Notes under the pieces: generated by a model
Seen by the model: the letters and a program-made list of their open reading frames with translations, nothing else
Told to the model about the DNA's origin: nothing
Databases searched by the model: none
Assembly (NCBI RefSeq): GCF_011386835.1
Contig: NC_088806.1
Coordinates: 310,001-374,000, forward strand
DNA length: 64,000 nt
Source of the DNA: Chrysemys picta bellii
Lineage: Eukaryota
Reading direction: 5' to 3'
Shown: piece after piece, positions 13,228 through 23,949 of the stretch
How the letters are laid out: each line of letters begins with the position of its first letter
Numbering within the stretch: the stretch's first letter is position 1
Program-made: the position numbers and the translations under genes

Positions 13228-14380
13228 CCACCTCCATACCCCCCTCTAGCCCTCCATACACTCCCTATCCCTCCATAACCCTCCTCTATCCCTCCATCCC
13301 CCCCTCCTCTATCCCTCCATACCACTCCTCTATCTCTCCACACACCCCTATCCCTCCATACCCCTCCTCTATCCCTCCATCCCCCCCATCTCTCCACACA
13401 CCCCTATCCGTCCATACCCTCCTCCTCTATCCCTCCATGCCCCCATCCCTCCATACCCCCCTCTAGCCTTCCATACACCCCCCATTCCTCTATACCCCTC
13501 CTCTATCCCTCCATACACCCCTATCCTTCCATACCCCCTGTTGTCAGTAGCTACCGGTGTGGTGCTCTGCTCTTGTTTGATGATGATACCAGTCGGCTGC
13601 GTGCGTGTTCCCTCTGTGTGCTGCCCCGGCTCTGCACAGGTAGCTGTCACAGCAAACCCCGAGAGACACCCCCCCCCCCAAAGACCACAGACTCTAGTAA
13701 GGTACGAAGGCACCCGGCCAGGTTTATTGTCAAACGAAGCACAGTAAGAGTTCCCCGTAGACTCTACGAGACATACTACGAATTGGTGCCCCCGGCAATG
13801 GATCGGCTCAGTCAGTGGCGGGACTTTCCACTGCCTCCTAGGCCAGACAAAGATGCGCACTCCGGGACCTACTTTGATACAGTTACAGGACAGATTACTC
13901 ATCCCTACTGACGTATTGAAGTGCAGCCCCGTGGCTCGTTAGGGTGCTGTCTCCCCCTGTGATCATGTTGTTTCAGACAAACAGATCTATCCACCATGCT
14001 GTCCTTTTGACCCTGTCTTTAAGGCCTTGGCTACACTTGCACATGTACAGCGCTGTGAGTTAAACCTGACTTCGTGCAGCTGAGTAGGGAAAGCGCTGCA
14101 GTCTGTCCACACTGTCAGCTGCCCAGCGCACTGTCATGGCCACATTTGCAGCAATTGCAGCGTTATTGGGAGCGGTGCATTATGGGCAGCTATCCCACAG
14201 AGCACCTCTGCCCATTCTGGCGCCGTGGGTTGTGGGAAGGGGGCGTGGGTGCGGGGCATTCTGGGTCCTGTCCCAATGCCCCGTGATGCATCGCTTCGCA
14301 TCCCAGAAATCCCTTTGTTTCCGTCCACCTTTGGCGCCATCTTTCAACGGTTTCTGTGCAGCGCGATCTGTCTGCAGGAA

Positions 14381-15625
14381 ATGGAGCCCAAACTGCTGAG
14401 GCGTATGCTGACTTCTCGCCAGCACGTCACGTTTGGCAGTCGAGCTATTCCTTAAGATCCAAAGTGACAGTGAGAGTGAGGAGTCCGACGATGCTATCGA
14501 GCGCACAACGCGTATGACACGAAATTGCTTGTGGCATTCACGGACATGCTCAGCACCGTGGAATGCCGCTTTTGGGCTCGGGAAACAAGCACCGAGTGGT
14601 GGGATCACATCGCCATGGAAGTCTGGGATGACAAGCAGTGGCTGCAGAACTTTCGGATGAGAAAAGCCACTTTCATGGGACTGTGTGAGGAGCTCTCTCC
14701 CACCCTGCGGCGCAAGGACACGAGATTGAGAGCTGTCCTGCCAGTGGAGAAGCGGGTGGCTATTGCAATCTGGAAGCTGGCAACTCCAGACAGCTACCCG
14801 TCAGTCGCAAACCAGTTTGGAGTGGGAAAGTCGACCATTGGAATCGTGTTGATGCAAGTTTGCAAGGCCATTAATCGCATCCTACTCAGAAGAACCGTGA
14901 CTCTGGGTAACGTGCAGGAAATAGTGGATGGCTTTGCACAAATGGGGTTCCCTAACTGTGGAGGGGCGATAGATGGGACGCACATTCCTATTCTGGCACC
15001 ACCCCACCTAGGATCCGAGTACGTTAATCGGAAGGGGTATTTCTCTATGGTTCTCCAGGCGCTTGTGGATCACTGTGGGCGTTTCATTGACATTAACACA
15101 GACTGGCCTGGAAAGGTGCATGACGCACGCATCTTTCGGAACACTTGGCTGTTCAGGAAGATGCAGACCGGGACTTTTTTCCCAGAGCGGAAGATCACGG
15201 TAGGGGAAGTTGAAATGCCCATTGTGATCCTTGGAGATCCCGCTTACCCGTTAATGCCGTGGCTCATGAAACCCTACACAGGGAGCCCTGACAGCAGCAA
15301 GGAACGGTTCAACTACAGGCTGAGCCGGTGCCGAAGGACTGTGGAGTGTGCCTTTGGCCGTTTAAAGGGCCGCTGGCGATCTCTGTATGGGAAGCTGGAC
15401 TTGGCCGAAAGCAGCATCCCCGCGGTTATAGCCGTGTGCTGTGCCCTCCATAATATTTGTGAAGGGAGGGGTGAAAGCTTCACTCAGGCATGGACCTCCG
15501 AAGTTCAACACCTGGAGGCTGAATTTGCACAGCCAGAGAGCAGGGCTATTACATGGGCCCAGCGCAGGGCTGCAAGGATTAGGGATGCCTTGAGGGAGCA
15601 ATTTGAGGCTGAAAACCAGCAGTGA
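14381..15625 (+). pseudogene. Harbinger DDE transposase (HARBI1-like); two N-terminal frameshifts, catalytic core open
   Basis: Motifs GAIDGTHIP, ILGDPAYP and TVECAFGRLKGRW. The N-terminus MEPKLLRRMLT…AVELFLKIQSDSE… is spread over two frames between 14381 and 14525. AATAAA at 15756. Confidence 0.9.
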
Positions 15626-15859
15626 TATCTGGTGCCCTGCACGGGAGTGAAGTGCAGTAGTTCCAATCTTTAGGAATCAGTGTTTGCGAAGCAGACAAGC
15701 AGACTTGCAGTGCCTGTTTATTTCCTGGGCTAAGGAGTCTTTTACTTTATGCAATAATAAAGAATGTTTTCAAAGCCAAAGAATCCATTTCTTGAAAAGA
15801 AAAAAAAATATTTATTGAAAAGAAACAAAGGGGTGGAGTGGGGAACAGTGCAATCACAG

Positions 15860-15989
15860 GTTTCAGAGTAGCAGCCGTATTAGTCTGTATCCGCAAAAAG
15901 AAGAACAGGAGTACTTGTGGCACCTTAGAGACTAACAAATTTATTAGAGCATAAGCTTTCGTGGGCTACAGTCCACTTCTTCAGATGCA
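15860..15989 (-). mobile_element. Penelope-like pLTR fragment inside the Harbinger
   Basis: Same family as 12691. Perfect 9-bp TSD caatcacag at 15851-15859 and 15990-15998. Confidence 0.88.
15949..15988 (-). ncRNA. Minimal type I hammerhead ribozyme motif (Penelope-associated, short stem III)
   Basis: Minus strand reads GCAU CUGAAGA A GUGG ACUGUAGC CCAC GAA AGCU U AUGC. Stem I is GCAU/AUGC, the core is CUGANGA and GAAA, stem II is GUGG/CCAC, and stem III is the palindrome AGCU. Activity untested. Confidence 0.75.
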
Positions 15990-15992
15990 CAA

Positions 15993-17686
15993 TCACAGAT
16001 TCGTGTATGTCCTGTCTGGTGTGCTGTGCAGTGAGTGCTGCACTTCAGGATAGCTATACTGCATGGTGATAGGGGTTGAGTTCAGAGGGTAAGGGTCGTG
16101 GTTTTCAGGGCTGGGTGGTGAAGATACTGGTGTTGGAGGCAGCGGGTGGCGTGAAGAACACGGAGGTTGGGGAAAGTGGGTTGGAGGTGACAGTGGGGCA
16201 CAACGGAAAGAGTTCTGGGACAAGGGCTGTGGGGGGGGGGGGAGGTGGCGTTTGCGGTACTGATCCTCTTTCTGCATGGCTACCAGCTCCTGGATAGCAT
16301 CTGCTTGGTGCTCCAGGATGCTGATGAGTCTATCAGTGCTTTGCTGCCGGTGCACTGCGTTTTCCTGGCGGATCCTGCTTTCTCTCTCCCTCCAGTCCTG
16401 TGTCTTCTCGTTCTCTTTAATAGATGGCCGCATCACTTCTTGCAGCACATCTTCTTTGCTTTTTCGCGGTCTCTTCCTGAGTCTTTGCAGTCTCTGAGCA
16501 GGCGATAAGAGGGATGGCTGAGGTCTCAAGGTTGATGCAGCTGTATAGGCAAAACGCAACATTTAACAGAGGCAGCATTGTTTATACCAGACAGAGTAAT
16601 GATTCCCCCACACTTAAGGAGTAGAAAATACACAGGGTCTACACAATAGCATAATTTTCCCATCTGAAACAGAGCGCACATATCCCACGGGAGCCTCAAA
16701 ATGGTGAGTAAGGGGGACTGATTGCTTCAGGGCTGCACTGTCCTCTGGGTTTCTGTGCCTTGGGGAGAGCCAACAGCTTCAGGGGGCACCTACACTGAAC
16801 ACTGTCCCAACATTTTCCACAGGAGTTCATCCTGGACGATATCTCGTTGCTGAGGGTGACCTGGGAAGCAAGGGAGGGTCTTCTACTGCAATGCGGCTTC
16901 CGCCCTGGCCCATGTGCAGCTTGCCTGTGTGCAGCAATGGTCCCCCCGCCCCTCGCGGCACAGTGGCGTGGACACGTTAGCCTGGCTGGGACAAGGACCA
17001 CGGTGGCTCTCCCGATAAAGGAGATTACCGAGGCTGATTACCGCGATGTGATAAACCACATCAATGCACTATTCTGCATCTAGGCATGCATGCCTAACCC
17101 TCCTCTCCCAAAGAGCCTGCACTGAAAAAATTCCTTCCCAAAAAAAAAACCTGCTTACCGGGAACCTGCTCTTCTGTTTGTCCTCCACCAAGTACCGGCC
17201 GCTGCGACTGGCTACCTTCCTCCTGGCTCGAGAAGAGCTCCTGGTTGCATGGCTCCAGGGATTCCGGGGTGTCTCCATCCGGCCCACCACCATCACTCCC
17301 GTTTTCCTTCTCCTCTTCCTCCTCCTCCCCCCCCCCACCGGCTCTGAAGTGTCCATGGTGGTGCTTGGAGTGGAGGTAGGGTTAACCCCAAGTATCACAT
17401 CCAGCTCTTTGTAGAATCGGCAGGTCGCGGGGGGAGCACCCAAGCGGCCGTTTGCGTCATGGGCTTTGCGGTAGGCACTCCGCAGCTCCTTCACTTTAAT
17501 CCTGCACTGCAGGGTGTCCCGGTCATGGCCCCTTTCCATCATGTCCTTTGATACCTTCCCGAAGGTATCGTAATTCCTACGGCTGGAGCGCAGCTGGGAC
17601 TGTACAGCTTCCTCCCCCCAAACACTGATGAGGTCCAGCACCTCGCCATTGCTCCATGCTGGGGCTCGCTTGGTGCGTGGAGGCAT
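15993..17686 (-). pseudogene. Harbinger Myb/SANT (MADF/trihelix-type) DNA-binding gene, 2 exons, one frameshift
   Basis: Exon 1 is 17159-17686 (MPPRTKRAPAWSNGEVLDLISVWGEE…QCRIKVKELR…CRFYKELD), with donor G|GTAAG. Exon 2 is 15993-16540. Exon 1 is 528 nt but needs phase 1, consistent with a 1-nt indel at the homopolymer near 17330. Confidence 0.85.
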
Positions 17687-18094
17687 GGTCACCTGGAAAG
17701 ATTCGCTGATAGCACTCCACGCCACGCCGGGCTGAGCAAACAGGAAGGGGATTTTTAAAATTCCCGGGGAATGTAAAGGGCAGGTCACATGGTTGGTTAC
17801 CCGAGGCCAGGGCAGTAGAGTTTGAACTGATGACCAGAGAGACTAGAACAGGCATTGTGGGACACTGCCGAATACTTCTGGAGGCCAGTCACAGCGCATT
17901 GGGCGGCCACACTGGCACCGCAGCGCTGCAGCAGCAGTGCAATACTCGCTATTCCTCTCGGAGAGGCGCAGTACATGCAGCGCTGCAACCACGGAGATAC
18001 AGCACTGCAAATGCCTTGCCAGTGTGGACGGGGAGTGAGTTACAGCGCTGCAACTCGCAAGTGTAGCCAAGGCCCAAGATGCACCTGCCTCTAG

Positions 18095-19331
18095 TAGGGT
18101 TACCATACGTCCGGATTTTCCCGGACATGTCCGGCTTTTTGGGCTCCAAATCCCCGTCCGGGGGGAAATCCCAAAAAGCCGGACATGTCCGGGAAAATCG
18201 GACATGCGGTCGGTGGCTCGGGTGCCTGGCCGGGGGCTCGGGGGGCCTGGCCGGGCCGGGGGCTCGGCCGGCGGTGCTCGGGGGGGCCGGTTGCCGGGCC
18301 GGGGGCTCGGCCGGCGGTGCTCGGGGGGGCCCGGGGCCGGGCGGCTCGGCCGGCGGCTCGGGTGCCGGGCCGGGGGCTGGGCCGGGGGCTCGGCCGGCGG
18401 TGCTCGGGGGGGCCCGGGGCCGGGCGGCTCGGCCGGCGGTGCTCGGGGGGGCCGGTTGCCGGGCCGGGGGCTCGGCCGGCGGTGCTCGGGGGGGCCCGGG
18501 GCCGGGCGGCTCGGCCAGCGGCTCGGGTGCCGGGCCGGGGGCTGGGCCGGGGGCTCGGCCGGCGGTGCTCGGGGGGGCCCGGGGCCGGGCGGCTCGGCCG
18601 GCGGTGCTCGGGGGCGCCGGGTGCCGGGCCGGGGGCTCGGCCGGCGGTGCTCGGGGGGGCCCGGGGCCAGGCGGCTCGGCCGGCGGCTCGGGTGCCGGGC
18701 CGGGTGCTGGGCCGGGGGCTCGGCCGGCGGTGCTCGGGGGGGCCCGGGGCCGGGCGGCTCGGCCGGCGGCTCGGCCGGCGGTGCTCGGGGGGCCGGGTGA
18801 CGGGCCGGGGGCTCGGCCGGCGGTGCTCGGGGGGGCCCGGGGCCGGGCGGCTCGGGTGCCGGGTGCCGGGCCGGGGGCTCGGCCGGCGGTGCTCGGGGGG
18901 GCCCGGTGCCGGACCGGGCCGGGGGGCTCGGCCGGCGGCTCGGGTGCCGGGTGCCGGCGGTGCTCGGGGGTGCCGGACCGGGCCGGGGGGCTCGGCCGGC
19001 GGCTCGGGTGCCGGGTGCCGGCGGTGCTCGGGGGGGCCGGGTGCCGGGCCGGGCCGGGGACTCGGGTGCTGGGTCGGGAGCTCGGTCGGCGGTGCCGGGC
19101 CGGGCCGGGGGCTCGGGGGACGGGCTGGGGACCTGCGGTGCCGGGGGTGGGCCGCGCCTCCCCCCCCCCACACACACACACCCCCTTACCTGCTTCAGGC
19201 TTCCCGCAACTCAAATGTTCGCGGGAAGCAGGGGAGGGGGCGGAGACTTTGGGGAGGGGGCGGGGCTGGGGGCGGGGCTGGGGCCCCTTTAAAGTGTCCT
19301 CCTTTTGGAGGCACTAAATATGGTAACCCTA
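18095..19331 (+). mobile_element. hAT (Blackjack-like TIR) MITE with expanded CpG-rich internal repeat
   Basis: TIR tagggttaccat…atggtaacccta with perfect 8-bp TSD gcctctag (18087-18094 / 19332-19339). Confidence 0.95.
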
Positions 19332-19570
19332 GCCTCTAGCAACCCTCTTCTTGCCAACTTCTGTGAGCGGGGCCTGCCTCTGGCTCACAGCCCAGCTTTG
19401 GCTTAGCAATGCCTGGAAGTACTTTGCTTCAGGCTTCAGGCTTCAGACTGGGCCTCTGACACAAGAGTTTATGTTTCAGGGCCTCATCTTACTACACCCC
19501 CCCGTATCCCTTCAACCCCCCCATCCCTCCATATACACCGCCCTCTCTATATACCTGTTCCCATACACCC

Positions 19571-20196
19571 NNNNNNNNNNNNNNNNNNNNNNNNNNNNNN
19601 NNNNNNNNNNNNNNNNNNNNNNNNNNNNNNNNNNNNNNNNNNNNNNNNNNNNNNNNNNNNNNNNNNNNNNNNNNNNNNNNNNNNNNNNNNNNNNNNNNNN
19701 NNNNNNNNNNNNNNNNNNNNNNNNNNNNNNNNNNNNNNNNNNNNNNNNNNNNNNNNNNNNNNNNNNNNNNNNNNNNNNNNNNNNNNNNNNNNNNNNNNNN
19801 NNNNNNNNNNNNNNNNNNNNNNNNNNNNNNNNNNNNNNNNNNNNNNNNNNNNNNNNNNNNNNNNNNNNNNNNNNNNNNNNNNNNNNNNNNNNNNNNNNNN
19901 NNNNNNNNNNNNNNNNNNNNNNNNNNNNNNNNNNNNNNNNNNNNNNNNNNNNNNNNNNNNNNNNNNNNNNNNNNNNNNNNNNNNTAGATNNNNNNNNNNN
20001 NNNNNNNNNNNNNNNNNNNNNNNNNNNNNNNNNNNNNNNNNNNNNNNNNNNNNNNNNNNNNNNNNNNNNNNNNNNNNNNNNNNNNNNNNNNNNNNNNNNN
20101 NNNNNNNNNNNNNNNNNNNNNNNNNNNNNNNNNNNNNNNNNNNNNNNNNNNNNNNNNNNNNNNNNNNNNNNNNNNNNNNNNNNNNNNNNNNNNNNG
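19571..20196. other. Assembly gap (414 N + tagat + 207 N)
   Basis: Runs of N. Confidence 0.98.
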
Positions 20197-20264
20197 GGGA
20201 TAGATAGATAGATGGGGTGGATGGGGATAGATAGATAGATAGATAGATAGTTGGGGTGGATGGG

Positions 20265-20295
<31 letters not shown>

Positions 20296-20369
20296 GGGGT
20301 GGATGGGGATAGATAGATAGATGGGGTGGATGGGGATAGATCGATAGATAGATAGTTGGGGTGGATGGG

Positions 20370-20436
<67 letters not shown>

Positions 20437-20580
20437 GGGGTGGATGGGGATAGATAGATAGATGGGGTGGATGGGGATAGATAGATAGATAGATAGTTGG
20501 GGTGGATGGGGATAGATAGATAGATAGATGGGGTGGATGGGGATAGATAGATAGATAGATAGATAGTTGGGGTGGATGGG

Positions 20581-20622
<42 letters not shown>

Positions 20623-20700
20623 GGGGGTGTCTGGGGATAGATAGATAGTTGGGGTGGATGGGGATAGATAGATAGATGGATAGCGATGTATAGGGACAGA
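20197..20700. repeat. (GATA)n microsatellite interspersed with ggggtggatgggga
   Basis: Read directly from the sequence. Confidence 0.97.
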
Positions 20701-21549
20701 CAGATAGAGGTGTGGTGTGGAAATAGGACGGGTTAGCGCTGTGCTGGGGGCGCTGTGCTGGGGGTGCTGTGGGGCAGGGGGCTCAGCAGGGGGCGCTCTC
20801 CCCGGGCAGGCAGGGCTGGCCCCAGGGCGGCGCTAGGGGGCGCTGTGGGGCAGGGAGCAGGGCTGGGGCTCAGCAGGGGGCACTCTCCCCACCACTGCCC
20901 ACGCTGCCCCCTGCGTGGTGGGGCGCCCCCTTTCCCGCCCACGCCCGTGTAGCACCAGGGGGTTGGGGAATCCAAACCCAGGGCGGGGCTGGTACCTGGC
21001 CGGGCGCAGCTCCCCCACCTCTGACCCCCCGCAGTGGGGGCTAAAGCTCACCACCCGGCCAGAGAAAAGCCGGAGCCCCCCCTCGCTGGAGTCTGGATCC
21101 CTGTGGCAGGACAAAGAACAAAGGGCCCTTGTCCGGGTGCTGGCGGCTCTGGCTCTCCAGGCGCAGCTCGGGGCAGAAACGGCTGAAGGATGTGACCCAG
21201 CGCTGGGTGAGGGGTCCCTGTACGAACAGCCCCCACGCCCCACCCCAGAGCCAGCCGCGTCTTGGCGCCGGGCGAGGGGTCCCTGCTGGGGAGTAAGATT
21301 TGTGGATGCAGAGCCAGATTCCCTCTGCCCCATTTGTGCAGGGACAGGGTGAAGCTGGGGATCGGGACAGGGGGTGCCAGGGTATGGGGCGTGTCCCAGG
21401 GCTGGCTGGCTGGCTGCTCCGGCGTCAGCACACTGTGCTGGGAATGGAGCCAGGCCTCTTTGAACTTCCCAAACCTGCAGCTGGCCAGGAAACAGGATGG
21501 AGCCACATGGGCCCACAGGGAGAATTGTCACGCACAGGGCCCTGGTCCG

Positions 21550-21995
21550 GCGCGGAGATGCGCCCACCTCTGGGGTGGGGCGGCCGGTTACGCAGGGACC
21601 CCTCGCCCAGCGCTGAGATGCAGCCACCTCTGGGGCGGGGCGGCCAGTTACACAGGGACCCCTCGCCCGGCGCTGAGATGCAGCCACCTCTGGGGCGGGG
21701 CGGCCGGTTACACAGGGATCCCTCACCCGGCACTGAGATGCAGCCACCTCTGGGGCGGGGCGGCCGGTTACACAGGGATCCCTCGCCCGGCACTGAGATA
21801 CACCCGCCTTTGGGGCGGGGCGGCCGGTTACACAGGGATCCCTCACCCGGCGCTGAGATGCGGCCACCTCTGGGGCGGGGCGGCCGGTTACACAGAGACC
21901 CCTCGCCTGGCGCTGAGATGCGGCCACCTCTGGGGCGGGGCGGCCGGTTACACAGGGATCCCTCGCCCGGCGCTGAGATGCAGCCATCTCTGGGG
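21550..21995. repeat. 60-bp minisatellite (family C)
   Basis: gctgagatgcagccacctctggggcggggcggccggttacacagggatccctcgcccggc, about 7 copies in 60-bp register. Confidence 0.95.
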
Positions 21996-22104
21996 TGAAC
22001 TCGCAGCCTGATCCCCCTGGACGGGGTCTGTCACCAGGTCTCCGCTGTGCACGGGGGGGGCTGGCCCGAAGCCCCTTCCAACTGGGTCTCTGCCAGTGGG
22101 CATC

Positions 22105-22300
22105 CCTGTGTGTGTGTGTGGTGTGTTGTATCTGTGTGCCGTGTGTGTTTCCGTGTGTTGTGTGTGTGTCCGTGTTGTGTGGACATCCCGTGTGGTGTGT
22201 GTATGTGGTGTGGTGTGTCTGTGTGCCATGTGTGTGGTGTGCCATGTGTTGTGTATGTGTCCGTGTGTTGTGTGTGGTGTGCCGTGTGGTGTGTGGGTGT
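22105..22300. repeat. Degenerate (TG)n tract
   Basis: Read directly from the sequence. Confidence 0.9.
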
Positions 22301-23949
22301 GTGTCTGGGCCAGGGGCCAGGCGATGACCCCACTCCCCGGGCAGCGTCTCTGCAGGGGACTCCGTGATCCGGCTGCCAGCCTGTGCCCAGAGGCATGTGC
22401 TGGGCTGGCCCGTGTTGCGTGTCTCTGTCTATTTGCGTGTCAGGGCCTGTGTCTGTCTGTCTGTCTGCGGGAGTGGGGGGATGCAGGGGGGCAGGACCTG
22501 GGGGCCACTTCTTGTTCCCTCTGGGTTTTTTTGGCAGGGGACCGTCTAGGGCTGAGCCTCCGCCCCCAGCTGCTGGCTGTTCGGGGGGTTGAACCCAGAA
22601 AGGGGGGGACGGCCGGAGGGGGCAGCGGGCAGGGTTGGGGGGCAGACAGATGGGGCGGGTGGATTCTCACCTCCCAGGGCTTGGTTTCTGGTTCCCAACT
22701 CCGCCCCCCCACCTTCGGGATAAGCTGGGTTTGGGGGAGATTCACGGGCTGGGAGGGGGTTGGAGGGTTTTTTTTGGGGGGGGAGCAGCCATTTCTCCCC
22801 CATGTCAGAGAGTCCCCCGCCCCCCGCTGGTGAATGGGACTTTTCTTGTGAAGGATCCTGGACTTTTCTTGTGAAGGATCCTGGGAAGGGCCGGGAAAGG
22901 CATCGCCCCTGGGGGTGGGGGGGGGGGGAGGTGTGGAGACGTGGGGGGGGGGGCTGGGGGTGGAGAAGGGGGAGGGGTGGAGACAGGGGGCGGGGGGGGG
23001 GACCGGACAAAGGGAGCGGAGGAGAAGTTAGAGAAGAGAGAAGAAGTTTGCAGGGAGCGAGGCAGACCTGGGGGGCGGGATCCCGGGGACAGGCCGGTGG
23101 GGGGGGGGGGTGTCTCGGGGCTCAGGGACAGGCGGGGGGGATCTCGGAGATAGTTTCCCCCCCCCCCCAGGAATGCGGGGTCCCGGCTGCTGGGAGCGAG
23201 ACTGAAGAAAACTCCGCCGGTTCCCCCCCCAAGCAGGGTGAGTACCTGGGGGCGGGGCGCAGTGAGGGGGATGGGGATGGGGATGGGGGGAGGCGGGGCT
23301 GGGTGTGGGGGAGATTCAGGGGCTGGGAGGGGGGGTCTGAGTTTTTTTTTGGGGGGGGGGGGGGGGGTTGAGCCCCATGGGGGTGTGTGACCCCATTGAA
23401 CGTCTCTCGTCCCGCCGCTCCCCCCCCTCATAGCCCAGGGCAGCCGCTTTCAGACTGAGGGGGACCCGTGGGGCAGGGAGGGGCCCGTGGCCCCCCCCAG
23501 GCTGGGTGAGAGCCCCCCCCGAGCCCTCCCTGAACTCAGCCATGAGTCACCAACATAAACATCTGGGGGGCTGGACGGGCTCAGAGAGATGGAGAAGCAG
23601 CTCCCAGCCCTACCCTGCCCCCCATCGCCCCACACTGCCCCCCCCTTCCCATGCTACCCCCCCAGCCCCCACATCCTGACCCCCTCTCCCCACACCGCTC
23701 CCTGCCCGTGGGGTGGGTGCCCCGGCCGTGCGGCTGGGCGGGACAGGAGCCCGACCCCGAGGCCCGCCTGTCTGTCTGCCTGTGGGGCTGCGGTTCCCTA
23801 ATGGGATCCAGATGGGGCAGGGAGGGGCCGAGATCCGGGCCCGGGGCCAGCTGGCCGGAGCCCCCCCCCAGGCAGCCAAAACGCAGACACGGCCCCCGCC
23901 GGCCGCCCCCGCGAACCCCCCAACCCCGCCCCACAACTGCCATGGGGCC

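Larger units (their letters stand above)
8930..13538. repeat. Strand-asymmetric C-rich satellite (resumes at 19497-19570)
   Basis: About 4 kb of ctatccctccatacccc / cccctcctctatcc variants with almost no G on +, interrupted by two LTR insertions. Confidence 0.95.
14023..18074 (+). mobile_element. Full-length two-gene PIF/Harbinger DNA transposon
   Basis: Perfect 18-bp TIRs (ggccttggctacacttgc / gcaagtgtagccaaggcc), 3-bp flanks TAA/CAA, and convergent DDE transposase and Myb/SANT genes. Confidence 0.95.
13539..19496 (-). mobile_element. Solo LTR interrupted by a Harbinger and a hAT MITE
   Basis: TGT…ACA ends with CCCCC on both flanks. Pieces 13539-14022 and 19340-19496 align in reverse with the solo LTR at 27186-27906. 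Confidence 0.8.

Noticed and set aside
17843-19339. Long Pro/Gly/Arg-rich ORFs (up to 444 aa) in several frames
   Set aside because: Stop-free translation of the GC-rich MITE interior, open on both strands with no domain.
19571-20211. ORFs spanning N runs (also 61154-62059)
   Set aside because: Artefacts of translating through assembly gaps.
21035-21207. Possible coding exon (WGLKLTTRPEK…)
   Set aside because: Splice-like ends exist on both strands, but there is no recognisable protein similarity and no partner exons.
22838-22883. 23-bp perfect tandem duplication
   Set aside because: Only two copies, consistent with simple slippage, and no functional cue.
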